NCBI GenBank assembly: GCA_002269645.1
Contig: NIVC01000307.1
Location: 310,001 to 374,000 of the forward strand
Reading direction: 5' to 3'
DNA length: 64,000 nucleotides
Source: Macrostomum lignano
Taxonomy: Eukaryota
The notes beneath the pieces are model-generated. The model had not been told where the DNA came from. It saw only the letters and a program-made list of their open reading frames with translations, and did not search any database. Below, piece by piece: positions 40,001 through 52,819 of this stretch; position 1 is the first letter of the stretch; each line of letters starts with the position of its first letter. A program made the translations under genes and the position numbers.

Positions 40001-42131
40001 TCAGGCGAGTAGGTTCGGAAGTACAAGCTGCTCACTGTTTCATAAATGTAGCCATAGTTTCTTGGTGGATTACCAGGCTCTAAAAAAAACCAATTCCTGA
40101 AATGAATGAAATTTACTTATGTTTGAAATAGAGCTAAAGCCAATTGTAAGAACTATAAGCAAATTTAAATGCATCACTTACACGGTAACATCTAGATTGG
40201 AGTTATCAATGAGCCACTTGAAATTCCCTCCGTCTGCCTCGTCTCTGTACAGTCCGGTCCAGGCGGCATCTCCCAGGTTCCTGCAGTCTCGGCACTGAGC
40301 TCTGTAGTCTTCTCTGAGTCTCCAGTTTCTTGCTGAGAAGTCCATCACCCAGTCCATCTCGGCTTGAGACGTGACCCAGAGAAGGTGAGCAGATGGGTCT
40401 CGTCTCTGACAGTCAGACATGGCCTCCGTGAGGTTTCGTCCGTTGGATCCCTTGACCAGGAGATAGCAGAAGCCGCTGAATTGCAGCCAGTTCTGTGACG
40501 GACAGGCACCTTGAGGAGCTGTGTTGGTCGTTGACAAATCGGTAGATGTTTCATGTGTCGATTGCGGAGTAGTCAGGTCTGAACTAGTGGGTGGCGAAGT
40601 AACAGTTTCATGAGTTGATGTCGGCTCCCTTGTTGCAATAGTTGTTGTTGCTGTCACACCAGTGGGCGCCGTTGTGCTGACAAACACAGGCGCTTTGCAG
40701 AAGTGATAGTGCTTGGCTTCAGGCGAGTAGGTTCGGAAGTACAAGTCGTTCGTTGTTCCATAAATGTAAGCATAGTTTCTTGGTGGATTACCGGGATCTA
40801 AGACAAACCATTTCCTGAAATACAAACAAATAATATGGGTATACTGAAAAGAAGCTTATAGTGTTGGAATTGATTTTAGTTAATTAAGCAATCATTAAAT
40901 GCATCACCCACACTGTGACATCTACATTAGAGTTATCTTTGAGCCACTTAAAATTCCCTCCGTCTGCCTCGTCTCTGTACAGTCCGGTCCAGGCGGCATC
41001 TCCTTGAAACCTGCAGTCTCGGCACTGAGCTCTGTAGTCTTCTTTGAGTCTCCAGTTTCTAGCTGAGAAGTCCATCACCCAGTCCATCTCGGCTTGAGAC
41101 GTGACCCAGAGCAGGTGAGCAGATGGGTCTCGTCTCCGACAGTCAGACACGGCCTCGGTGAGATTCCTTCCGTTGGATCCCTTGACCAGAAGGTAGCAGA
41201 AGCCTTCAAACTGCAACCATTCATTGGATGGACAAGGCTCTCGTTCGCTGTTTGAATTCATCTTGCAGATGGGAAACTTCTTGTCCGTCTTTAAATCCGT
41301 CCTAAGCCTGGATGGGCTCGTGGCTTCCGTCAAGGATACGAAGTCGTTGGGACTCAGTTTGGGCTTGCCAAGGTACCACGAGCTGCAAAGTGGTTGAAGT
41401 ATGTAGAGTATCAATCAACTTTATTTAGGCTTCCTTACGAGTATTTTTGTACTAACTCATGGGTGTAAGGGGAAAATTAAGCAGCTCTAATGAGCTATTA
41501 AGAGCAACTAAAAACAAATGAAGAAACCTTATTTATGTACCATCAAGTCGAAAACGATCTATTTCGAATTCAAGTGAGCTTTATTTATTTGCTCACTAAG
41601 TAAGCGGAAGCAGTTGAAAATGATTGTTAAGAATAGCCAAGTTATTGTAGTAGCCTTGTTTTTTCGTTAAATTCGTTAAACCACTAAATCGTTTGTTTGA
41701 ATCAGTGCAACAGCTCAAATAACTCACAATTTGAAGCTAACTGGACTGCCGTCCATCAGCCAGATCAAGTCTGAGCTCTGCTGCGAGTCGCTCAGCGTCG
41801 CTCCCTGCGCGCCGATCCAGCCGGAGTACGTCTGGCTGCAGTTGCCACACTGCCCCCAATGCTCCCGGATGCCGAATCTGCCACCCTGCAGGGCCCAGTC
41901 CAGTTCCTCCTGCGTCTCCGCCCACAGCAGGTCGCCGCCAGAGTCCGCACATGCGGCTCTCGCCTCTTGAAAGGTCCTGCCAGGACCGTAGAGAGCTCGG
42001 TAGCAGTAGCTTCCGTAGGACATCCAGCCAGAAGGACAAACAGCAGCGCCTACGGCCTGGTGACACAGCATCACGGATGATAACAGTACCAGCAGGAAGG
42101 TCGAAAGATTGAAGAAAAAAAACTTTCGCAT
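37069..42131 (-). CDS. Type I membrane lectin-mucin (SP, 3 atypical CTLDs, ~870-aa Thr/Ser/Gln stalk, TM, cytoplasmic tail), ~1511 aa; exons 42131-41728, 41382-40912, 40814-40182, 40096-37069
   Basis: Exon lengths 404/471/633/3028 keep frame across phase-2 GT-AG introns. Signal peptide; TM LYVHIIWISSVSVVAAAVAAAVIYF; ends KTSVI*. Confidence 0.85.
37630..38110 (-). repeat. Coding VNTR, 27-bp unit (TTPEATQSQ), ~18 copies
   Basis: In frame within ORF 37069-40035. Confidence 0.95.
38111..39800 (-). repeat. Coding VNTR, 54-bp unit (TPDTTPTESTIEATQSQS), ~31 copies
   Basis: In frame within ORF 37069-40035. Confidence 0.95.
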
Positions 42132-42999
42132 TGTATTTCGAATATATAGCTCTTTCTGAGGCTATTAAACCATTAAAATTGGCTTTGAATATCGTGCCTG
42201 CATTCGATATTGGCTTTATTCTGGCACCTTATAGCTAGCTATGATATAGCTGTCACGAGTGTTTTTCCTACTTATCTGCCTATCTCGATATGTGCTTCAT
42301 ATGCAAATCAAACCCGAATACCATGCAGGCTAAAGTGAAATTTTTCGCTATCAAATGAGCTCAATTTGTCTCAAGCGCCACTTTTTTTTGATTAACCAAC
42401 TGCGATTGGGCAGCATGACGCCATGAGCATGAGCACGGTCAACTAGCTTATCTAAATAATCGGCCTTATTACTTCATGCATTGCTGAAAAAAAACTGTTT
42501 CTAATTATATCACTAGCTGCTAACAAAAGTGAATCGCATTCTGTTTTTGCTGTGTAGTCAACGTTTTGCAAACCGCTGGCTAAATTTTAACTTAAATAAA
42601 GTTTTCTAATTGCATTCCTAGTTGCATGTCCTTAGTATATATGGACTATCAGGCCATGCGTTTATATCGGTAAAAATGCTTTAATTTTGCGAGGGCGGGA
42701 ACCTTTTCAGTACCTGCTGGTTTGGCTACCATGGTACCACCACGCACCCGACTGATGACGCAGTACACATGGAAGCATATAGATAACCCTGTCAGTCATG
42801 CAGATCGTAAAAGCAACAGTTAGAGGGCAAACCATGCAGTTTAATAAAACCTTAAAAACTTGTATTAGCTAAACGGTTTGCAGAGAATGTTGTTTGTCCT
42901 ATTCTTCAGATTGGATTTTTGCAATGCAGTAAATAGAGTAATGTAAATCATTTACATCTGAATTGTCTACATGAAATTCATAGCGAAAAATCGGATGTT

Positions 43000-43156
43000 T
43001 AGTTAATTAGTTAGTTGTTGGTTAGCTAGTCTAGCAATCCATCTAGTTAGGTAGTTAGTTACGTAGTTAGTTAGTTAGTTAGTTAGTTAGAAAATGAATT
43101 AGTTAGTTAGTTAGTTAGTTAGAAAATGAATTAGTTAGTTGGATAGTTAGTTAGTC

Positions 43157-43234
<78 letters not shown>

Positions 43235-43255
43235 AAAGTTAATTACTTAGTTAGT
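43000..43255. repeat. (TTAG)n microsatellite
   Basis: Same motif as 497-1716, opposite orientation. Confidence 0.92.
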
Positions 43256-44517
43256 TGGTTATTCAGTCCGTTACTTTTCAAGTTTTTTTACTAGGCAGCT
43301 TTGACAATAATATTCGAGTAAGTTTCTTAAAAACTCTTAGTTTTTTAAGTCCGACAATTTGTCGTCCTAAATACGAGCTTATAAATCTACTTTGGGTCCT
43401 ATCCGTGTTGATTATCTTTCGAGTAGTAAGTAGGGGTATGATAGTTATAAAGCCTCAGAATTTTGAAGAATTAGTGAATCCGGTCAGAATGAGAAATATA
43501 TCTAGATTTACTGTAGCAATATAAGAAATCGCATTAAGCAGAACACTTCAGTACATATTTTTAAAATAGGAAGCTGTAACCCTCTGACCCTCAACACTCG
43601 TACTGAGTGAAACTCTCAATAGGAGTGAATGTTAGTAGAGTACAATCTCAGATAAAGGCGTAAGAGACCACTCAGGCCAGAAGCACCTTAATTAATTAGG
43701 AACATAACAGAGAGCAGTTACGACTTTTAATACTTATTGAATTGCAAAGTTTGATTTATCACAAGAATGTACATGTAGCTCGTAGTGGCTACAAATAATT
43801 TTGTTATAATAAATCATGCCAAGTACAGTAGTACTGTTATACCTCTACGACATAGCTACATGCTGATAAGTTTGCAAAGAAAGTTTTCTGTTACTCTTTA
43901 GTACTTTAATATATTTCTTTCTGATAGGCAATAAAGAATTCTAATTTAAGTACACTTTTAAGTACAGCATAGCTAGCTAGCTACATGTAGTTACTCGTAA
44001 ATTCTATTGTGCTAAGCACTTTAATTAACAAAGCAGATAATTTTTTTTACCGACAAGCAAATGCATGTGTGCACCGAATCGAATCGAATGCACGGGGTTT
44101 TCCAGTTTTGTATATTTTGTACGCTTAGCAACACTTAATGCCTATGGCTTGTGGCCATATGTATAAATAAGATCATTAAACAACCGACTGCATACTCCAG
44201 GTTTGTTTGAAAAAAAATGTACTCACAAAAACCGCTTCAATGTCAAACAATATGGCTACTACAGGAAGTCCTATATAGGTGACACCGTAATAACTAAGTT
44301 TTAAATCTTTAGCTATACTCGTATACTTAAAATTAAACTAAAATTTCAATAGTCAGAACCAATTATCTATACTTACAATTGCAGAATGCAGAACATTTTG
44401 TTCCACGCTTCGCTAAAAAGGAGCATGTGCGCAGGCTTGAAAACGTTTAAATTCGTTAACTTAAGCTTCCGATCAGATTATACAGGGTTTAGTGTAGAGT
44501 TGTAGGGGGGTATTAAC

Positions 44518-45282
44518 CTACAAACTGTACACAGCATTGTGACTGATACCGCCGCATCTCTCTTTCACGTTGCCTTCGCACGGGACTGAGCAGTCGAAAT
44601 CGGCACTCATGCCGTATTTGCCGTAGTGATCGCCGCAAGAGCACGTGTCCCCGTCTTGCATGCCCATGTACTTGGTGTTTTTTCCCTTGCACCAATTTGT
44701 GCACTTCTCCAGGGTCATCTCGTACATCCGGGTCCGGTCGGCACCCATGTCCGGGCTTGAATGGTTGTCTTCGAAGCAGCCTTTGTAATTTGAACCGTAG
44801 TCTGCGAAGCGAACGATTAGACGAGTTCAAAGAAGGCATCGTGGTTGGTTGCGTCGTGAAGACCCCCCAACCCCCGATTCTGAAACTGAGTCTACAGGCC
44901 AGGGATGGGCAAACTCCGGCCCACAAAGCCTCTCACAGCCCGCCCAAGGTTTGTCTCTTCTCAGCTCTTTTCTCTCTCCTTTCTCCGATTATCTTCTCTT
45001 CACTCATCTATTCTCTATTTTTCTCTCCTCTATTCCCTCTCGTTCCCTCTCTAATCTCTCTAGTCTGAAAAGTATTCTACCTGAAACTGAAAACTACGCA
45101 TTATTACTCTTATTGAATCAGTTGAGGTTGGGGGTATCGTAAAACGAAATAATGTCATATATTTTCTTACCGTAAGTCTCTTCAACTACTTCGTCTTCAG
45201 CCGCAACATTAGAAGCAAACATAAGACCCACTAGAAGGTACCAGCAGCATAAAATTCGGATGGTGCTGCACAAGCTAATCAT
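44518..45282 (-). CDS. Small secreted single-WSC-domain protein (~131 aa); exons 45282-45171, 44801-44518
   Basis: Signal peptide; YKGCFED..MTLEKCTNWC..YMGMQDGDTCSCG..C..PCEG....CGG...NAVY is the 8-Cys WSC pattern. Phase-1 intron with a CTAAT branch site. Confidence 0.85.
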
Positions 45283-48048
45283 TATTTTGATTGTATTGCG
45301 TTTTTTGGTATGCTTCGAATAGAACACACACTTATTCGTATTAGTGAAAAGTCGAATATGGTAGCTTTTGTCTTGCTATCCCAGCCTAGGGACATTCAAT
45401 CTCAGCTACCATGGCATTTGTAAGTTGGCTTTTTCCAAGCAGCTTTTCCCTGGTTGGGCCATAGACACAGCTTTAAGAGCCGTGCTGTGCTATCTTTGGT
45501 CTTGGACAAGCCAATATTGCTTGTAACTTCATGGCTGAGTTTGCTCGTCCCAGGCTGAAATAGCATGGCTCGAAAAGTCAGTTTTATAGCCACAGCTCAA
45601 CACCTTTTATTCCCCGGACTCAAAACAAAGCAATGCGCGTACATCATGGGGCAATGATTGGCTGAGGTTGAATCACAAAAGCTCTATTTAGGCTTCAATT
45701 ATCTACATGCATGAACTGAAGATCGAAATACATCTAAAATCTTTGATTGAGTTCAATCAATCAATTGAGATTGAGGTTAAGATTGCAGATCTGTGGTCCC
45801 AATTTGGACCATAGACAATCAAAAGCAAGTACCGGTAAGTCTTCACTCTTCAATAGCTTTATTCTCTCAGTAAAGATCAATTGGTTCGTAACGTTACTCC
45901 GTGATGAGTGAGTAACTATTCTAACAAAAAATGGATATTAAACTTTGCAGTTAATTTTTTTACAGATCTATCTAAATAGACTAAGGAAAAATAAAGACAA
46001 TATGGTAAGTAAACAAAAAATATTTTCATTTGACAAATCACGAGTAATAAGTAATTTTCATAAGCCGTATATTTATCATATTCTGAAATTTGGAACGTAA
46101 CAGGGAGGGCAACGCTGATACAATAGAAACGGAATCATGCGCCGACACAGCACTTATTGATGAAAAAAGATGAAAATTACTCACAACTAAGAATTAACTA
46201 GTTAATGCACGAACGGATACTATGCGTAAAATAATAACACAATGTAAACACAATACGGTAGAAATATTATATACTATTCGAGCGCATTGCTCGATTGCAA
46301 TCGAAACAGATTTACGATCGTGTCTTTAAGAAATAATATATTCTACAGATATGATAGTTAGTAAGGGAATGATAAAACAATGACATGGTTAACTTTTTTG
46401 CTGTTGTTTCACGTAAATTATGGTGAAAGAAAGCGCAATAAATAAGTAAATAAAGCAGTTGTCAAATGGATCTTATAGATTTTATTTGGTCACAGTCCCG
46501 CACTGTAAAAAGCGGAGCAGCAATCTACGAGTATAATAATAATGTAATTCATCGCCTTCCTTAGTGATCTATCATTCTACAAGTAACAGAGTATTACTAT
46601 TAGATATAAAATGAAGCTTTGAATTCTATCAACCTATGCCTACTTCAATTGTTTTGTTCACTATCAGGCTGTGTGAAGCATATTAGCTAGCTAAATCGAT
46701 TTTCTAGATGCCCCCGCCGCAAGCCTTCACCCAATCCTCGCTCAGTTTTCTAACGCTTAGTCAGCGAGCGGCCCGTTCTCGTATCGATTTTCTTGCTGGC
46801 TTGGCTACTTGTTTTAGTCTAGACACAGTCAAGTAAGCAAACTTTATTATCGCCATTAAATTAAATTAATTTAGTTAGCGGGGCCGCCTGTGTGTGGAGT
46901 GAAGGGGCTTATCGATTTTTACAGCTGCATTTAACCTACAATCCACTTAATCACCCGGTGAGGGGTATGCGGGGCTGGTGTAAAGTTTATCGTTTTCTTA
47001 GAGTTATCGGCTGACGCCAAAACACAACAAAACCACCGCAAGCGCTTTAACCCACTGTTTTTATATCCATTTTATTAGTTAGCCTTGAATGGTAGCTTTA
47101 AACATACGGGTTGATTATCAACTCTGACTTTTTTAGCCTATATCCTTTCTTAAAAATAATTAAATTTAAATCGTACTGCTACTAACCATATTAATAGTAA
47201 ATGAATAGAGACACAGTAAAATGTACTATTAAATTGGGCCCATCATGACAGACGAAAGCGAATAATAATAACATTCAAATATATAACAATTTGGTCGGTG
47301 TTTTCAAAAGCAAAAAAAAACAAAAGATATTTGACTGCCAAATCGATTACGATTACACAGTTCACACTCCAACTCTTAAGTTTACCTGACATTTGACAAA
47401 AACAACCCGGAGTAACAAAATAAGTAGCATTTAGTTTTGAGTCCTAGAATATAATATAATTACTAGCACTCACAATTTGGTAAATTATTTAGCTAGTAAA
47501 ATAAAGCTTTTCTAACAGACGCATTTGCGAGAATTGAATAATTTATTAAAGAGCGTGGGCCTAGAATACACCAGATAAGAGCTAGTTTGAAAACTGAATT
47601 TGCTTATCAAATTTCTACTTCACAAATAAAAAAACACGAGATAATGCCCTAATAAACATCACATGTGATTTTATAAAACTAAAATAAGGGTAGAGCTCAA
47701 CCTCGTATTTACCTCAGGTCAGAAAATAAAACTGAAAAAAAAACTAGAACTATATATAGTAGCACTAACTATAAACAAAAGTACGCAATGTCATTTTCAA
47801 ACTATTACTACCTGGACAAAAGAATAATAGTAATAGTAGTAATAGTAGTAATGAGTCCCATGGCAGCATTCACACAGTTCAGCAATAGATCTTTAAGAGA
47901 ATCAAGATCTACATATACTAGCTAAATTTGCACATTTTAGGATTAAGTTGTAAAACAGGCAAAGCCGGACAATTGACAGTCCAATGAGCGAGAAAAATTA
48001 ACCTGACAAAAATTAGGACAATTAGTTGAAGTAGGAAGTCATGCCGCC

Positions 48049-51000
48049 TCACTGCGTTCTCAGCTGGTAGTCGCCGTTTTGTGTGATATAACGGACCCAA
48101 GGCAGAGCTTGATAGCCGCTGCGTTCAATGATCTTCAGATAGCGAACCTGGAAATAGGTAGACAATAATGAAAACTTTAACTGTAGGAATGAGTCACAGG
48201 CCCTGCTATCCGACGAAAAATATTTGTCACGTGACTGCTGTTAAATAATAGCAGCGAGTGTTGGGTGATTCCCAATCAGCCAATCTTTCATGGGAATCTC
48301 CCCTGGCATTGGTGCTCTTACCTGAATTCCAGACACGGTGAAGTAAGGAATCTCAAACTTGACAGCAATGGGCGGCCTGCCCTCGGTCTCTTCGGTTTCA
48401 ACTGTTGGCAAGCCGAAGTGGGCGCGCATTAGATACTCTTTGCCGCCCGGGAAGGACTTGATGCTCCAGATAACTGTGCTGCTTTCCGGCTGGTAGTGGC
48501 AGCTGCCTACGGTTGTCTGGAAGACAATAAGCATGTGAATTATTAAATACGTGATTGACTATTAGGGGATGTACATTGGGATAGAGGCAAGCATGCGCGC
48601 TGGAGTGGGGTTGGTGTGAATCGATGAGGCGTGTACATCGGGATAGAGGCAAGCATGCGCGCTGGAGTGGGGTTGGTCTGAATCGATGAGGCGTGTACAT
48701 TGAGATAGAGGCAAGCAAGCACGCGCACTGGAGTGGGGTTGGTCTGAATCGATGAGGCGTGTACATCGGGATAGAGGCAAGCAAGCACGCGCACTAGAGT
48801 GGGGTTGGTCTGAATCGATGAGGCGTGTACATTGAGATAGAGGCAAGCAAGCACGCCGGTAGGGATTCCAATCCCGGGATCCCGGGATCCCGGGATCCCG
48901 GGATTGGGGCCAAAAATCCGGGATTTGAATCCCGGGATTTTTTTGGGAATCGAATCCCGGGATTTCTAATCCCGGGATTGCAAAAGTCCGGGATCGGGAT
49001 CCCGGGATTTCAAGGCCTTAATCCCGGGATTGGTCCGGGATTAGAACAACCTTTCAATGCCTAAATTAGATAATTTAAAGTCTAAACGTTTATTTGAATA
49101 ATAAAACATTTATTTGTTTTTGCTGTTTCTCAATGAAACGTTAAACATTTGCAAAGCTCCTGTCCTAATTGAGCTAAAAATTGTTAATGTGAACTGTAAA
49201 TGATAGATAATTTTAACTTTTTTCGTTTTCCACCACGAGACGAGACTGAGGGCCTTTTCATATTGCTTGCTCTGGTTCCAGAACCAGAACCAATTTGTGA
49301 AGTATAACTTTTTGTCTCCATAACTAGAGGGAGATACGTGCTATAAAGTTTTTATTATTGAATGACAATCGTCAAAAAGAAAGTGAAAAATCGTGCAAAG
49401 TGAGGCTGTTAAGGCAGTCAAATATTAACAGAGTTTAATAGTTATACTGCTGTTTTTCTTGGAATTCCGAACCGATTCTGGTTCTGGAATTGGTAATATG
49501 AAAAGGCCCTGAGACTCTGAGAGTCGCGAGACCATGACTACTGCACGCGGCACGCCGCACAGTCCGTCTTAGGATTCCAATCCCGGGATCCCGGGATTGG
49601 GGCCAAAAATCCGGGATTTGAATCCCGGGATTTTTTTGGGAATCGAATCCCGGGATTTTTAATCCCGGGATTGCAAAAGCACCGGGATTCCGGGATTTTG
49701 AATCCCGGGATTTCAACAGCATCGGGATTTCGGGACTATTCAATCCCGGGATTGTAAAATGTCGGGATTTTGGAATCCCTAAGCACGCGCACTGGAGTGG
49801 GGTTGGTGTGAATCGATGAGAAGCAGGTAGAGATAAGACGCACGTACATTACAGTATAGGCAGAATCAATTAATATACGTATGTAGCAACAAACCTTAAA
49901 TTTTGGCGAATCAACATCCTGTGGCACAGGAATGATGATGTCAACATTATTAGCTGTGCTGCGCTGCTTGAACTGACTCTTAGCCTGCAAATAAATTAAT
50001 GCATAATTAAGAATTAAACAATATATAAACAAATTTTTTATCTAACACAAGTGAAGTGAATTTTTTTCTTCTACTCAGCCTACCTTAATCATGTACTCCA
50101 CGCGGCTATGAGCGTGTCTTTCGATGACCGATTCAACCCAGATCAGCGGCTTCACCTGGTTGATTTTAAGCAAAGGTACGGGAGGCGATGACCGAGGTAA
50201 TACGAGGATGATTTTTTTAGGAAACAGGTATAACAATAATCAAGTACTCACGTGAGTATTGAGCCGGTAGGACATGAGTTCGAACTCTCCATCTGGCGGT
50301 ATAAAAGAGATAGTCCGATCGTTCTCAAAACGTGACAACCTGACGCACTGATGAAATTTCACGTCCTCCAATTCGACAGATTTGCTCTTGCCTCCTGCGG
50401 ATATTGGTGACAGATATTGTGCGAAACAATAAATGAACAAAGACCTGACTTAAACTTTTCTATTCGCGCTCAATCTTACTCTATTCTCATCCTGACTTTC
50501 TATCCTAGCATCTATTTCTCCTCTCTACTCTCTTTTCCACACTACTCTACTCTCCCCTTTTCTTCTCGTTTTCCCTTCCTATTCTGCCTTCGATTCTTTT
50601 CTAGCGGCCTCTTTTACCCCGCTCCTTCTCTTTTACCCTCTCTCAATCTCTTTTACCCCGCTCCTTCTCTTTTACCCTCTCTCAATCTCTTTTACCCTCT
50701 CCCAATCTCTTTTACCCTCTCCCAATCTCTTTTACCCTCTCCCAATCTCTTTTACCCTCTCCCAATCTCTTTTACCCTCTCCCAATCTCTTTGACCCTCT
50801 CCCAATCTCTTTTACCATCTTTCCTTCGTTTTTACCCTCCCCCGCCACAAAAAGCTCAAACAACTAACTCACTTCCAGTAGACTCAAACAGTACTCGATC
50901 ATTGAGTCCCAGTCTGAGTTCGGGCATACCGCTTAGATAGTCTCGCATCTTTATGCAGCCAACGATTTCGCTGCGAAGTACATTGCCAGTAGCGCTAACC

Positions 51001-52722
51001 ATCAGGTTAACGTTTTCGATAACGTCTAGGAATACTTCGTTTTTACGATATTTAACACCCTCGGAGCGCCAGGAGACGGCGTTGGTAACGGCGGGCGGCA
51101 GTTTTGGCGCCAACTCGAGCTTGTGACTCTCCTGCGTGATGAACTCCTGCAGGATTCTGGTGTCAGTTGTCTGGGGATAGCCAAAGTCCATCACTTCGTC
51201 TAGCAGTTCGTAGACTATAACAAAATTATCTCGGATGCTCTCCTCTTCCAGGTCCTAAATTTTGGTTTGAAAAAAACTGCATCTTAAAAGTCTACAAGTA
51301 GTATTGTTACGAGAACGAGTAGTAACGGAAAAACTTACCTTATGTTTTAGCGATAACAAGTGATTCGTAATGGAGTATGGGGCGATTGTTATGGGGTATG
51401 GGGCGATTGTTGATGGGGCATGGGGCGATTGTTATGGGGTATGGGGCGATTGTTATGGGGTATGGGGCGATTGTTATGGGGTATGGGGCGATTGTTGATG
51501 GAGCATGGGGCGATTGTTATGGGGTATGGGGCGATTGTTGATGGAGCATGGGGCGATTGTTATGGGGTATGGGGCGATTGTTGATGGGGCATGGGGCGAT
51601 TGTTATGGGGTATGGGGCGATTGTTGATGATGGGGCATGGGGCGATTGTTGATGGGGCATGGGGCGATTGTTATGGGGTATGGGGCGATTGTTGATGGAG
51701 CATGGGGCGATTGTTATGGGGTATGGGGCGATTGTTGATAATGGGGCATGGGGCGATTGTTGATGGGGTATGGGGCGATTGTTATGGGGTATGGGGGGAT
51801 TGTTGATGGGGCATGGGGCGATTGTTATGGGGTATGGGGCGATTGTTATGGGGTATGGGGCGATTGTTATGGGGTATGGGGCGATTGTTGATGGGGCATG
51901 GGGCGATTGTTATGGGGTATGGGGCGATTGTTGATGGGGCATGGGGCGATTGTTATGGGGTATGGGGCGATTGTTGATGATGGGGCATGGGGCGATTGTT
52001 GATGGAGCATGGGGCGATTGTTATGGGGTATGGGGCGATTGTTGATGGAGCATGGGGCGATTGTTATGGGGTATGGGGCGATTGTTGATGGAGCATGGGG
52101 CGATTGTTATGGGGTATGGGGCGATTGTTGATGGGGCATGGGGCGATTGTTATGGGGTATGGGGCGATTGTTGATGATGGGGCATGGGGCGATTGTTGAT
52201 GGAGCATGGGGCGATTGTTATGGGGTATGGAGCGATTGTTATGGGGTATGGGGCGATTGTTAATGGGGCATGGGGCGATTGTTAATTATGGTATACAGGG
52301 AAATTTTTTTGACTCATGATATTTTATGATGACTTTTTGATAGTAAAAATAGTTGGATGAGCACGTTACTCTACTTATACCGTTAAGCAGTAGTTAGTAG
52401 AGAAAACAAGTATAATTTTTTAGAAAATCCTTGCCTTAAAATACTCGACAAATATATCGGCCACCTTGTAGAGGAAGGAGAACACTAGACCTGCATTAGC
52501 ATTCTTCTTTGTAGTAGCCACAATGTACACATTGCTGTGCTTGATGTACATGAAGAAAACGTCCTCGCAGGGTAGCACCGGCTGCACCGATCCCTCCTCC
52601 TCGCGGTCCATTAACAGTGGCATAAATTTTTCAATGACTGACATGCAAATATCGCCGCGGTAATTGCGACTAATTAGCACCTTGCCCTTGCTGTCCAAGA
52701 TGTAAACTGCCGAGGCAGACAT
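48049..52722 (-). CDS. AP1M1: AP-1 adaptor complex subunit mu; exons 52722-52435, 51254-50873, 50394-50252, 50155-50084, 49984-49895, 48516-48322, 48147-48049
   Basis: [89 protein letters not shown], ends [13 protein letters not shown]. Confidence 0.96.
48570..48857. repeat. 62-66-bp minisatellite in AP1M1 intron 5, resuming at 49782-49820 after the inserted element
   Basis: TGGAGTGGGGTTGGTCTGAATCGATGAGGCGTGTACA core at 48601, 48663 and 48729. Confidence 0.9.
48860..49781. mobile_element. Non-autonomous hAT-like element (922 bp) with many subterminal ATCCCGGGAT palindromes
   Basis: 11-bp TIR TAGGGATTCCA/TGGAATCCCTA; AGCACGC duplicated in the flanks (imperfect ~8-bp TSD); interrupts a repeat unit. 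Confidence 0.8.
49250..49509. mobile_element. Nested PIF/Harbinger (Tourist)-like MITE, 260 bp
   Basis: Perfect 15-bp TIR GGGCCTTTTCATATT, a second inverted block TTCCAGAACCAGAA, and a 3-bp TSD TGA (49247-49249, 49510-49512). Confidence 0.75.
50608..50840. repeat. 20-bp repeat CCCAATCTCTTTTACCCTCT in AP1M1 intron 2
   Basis: Seen directly. Confidence 0.9.
51378..52285. repeat. 21-22-bp G-rich minisatellite ATGGGGCGATTGTTATGGGGT in AP1M1 intron 1
   Basis: Seen directly. Confidence 0.95.
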
Positions 52723-52819
52723 TGCGAAACTGAAGTTAATTAGCAGCATTATTAATAAATAGCGGTGTCAACAAATAATATATTCACTTCTAGTGCTAAT
52801 TATCTTGCTCAAGTTTCTA

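Noticed and set aside
46680-47050. GC-richer island possibly marking an ncRNA or Helitron end
   Set aside because: No tRNA, snRNA or SL motifs, no convincing hairpin plus CTAG terminus, and no second copy.
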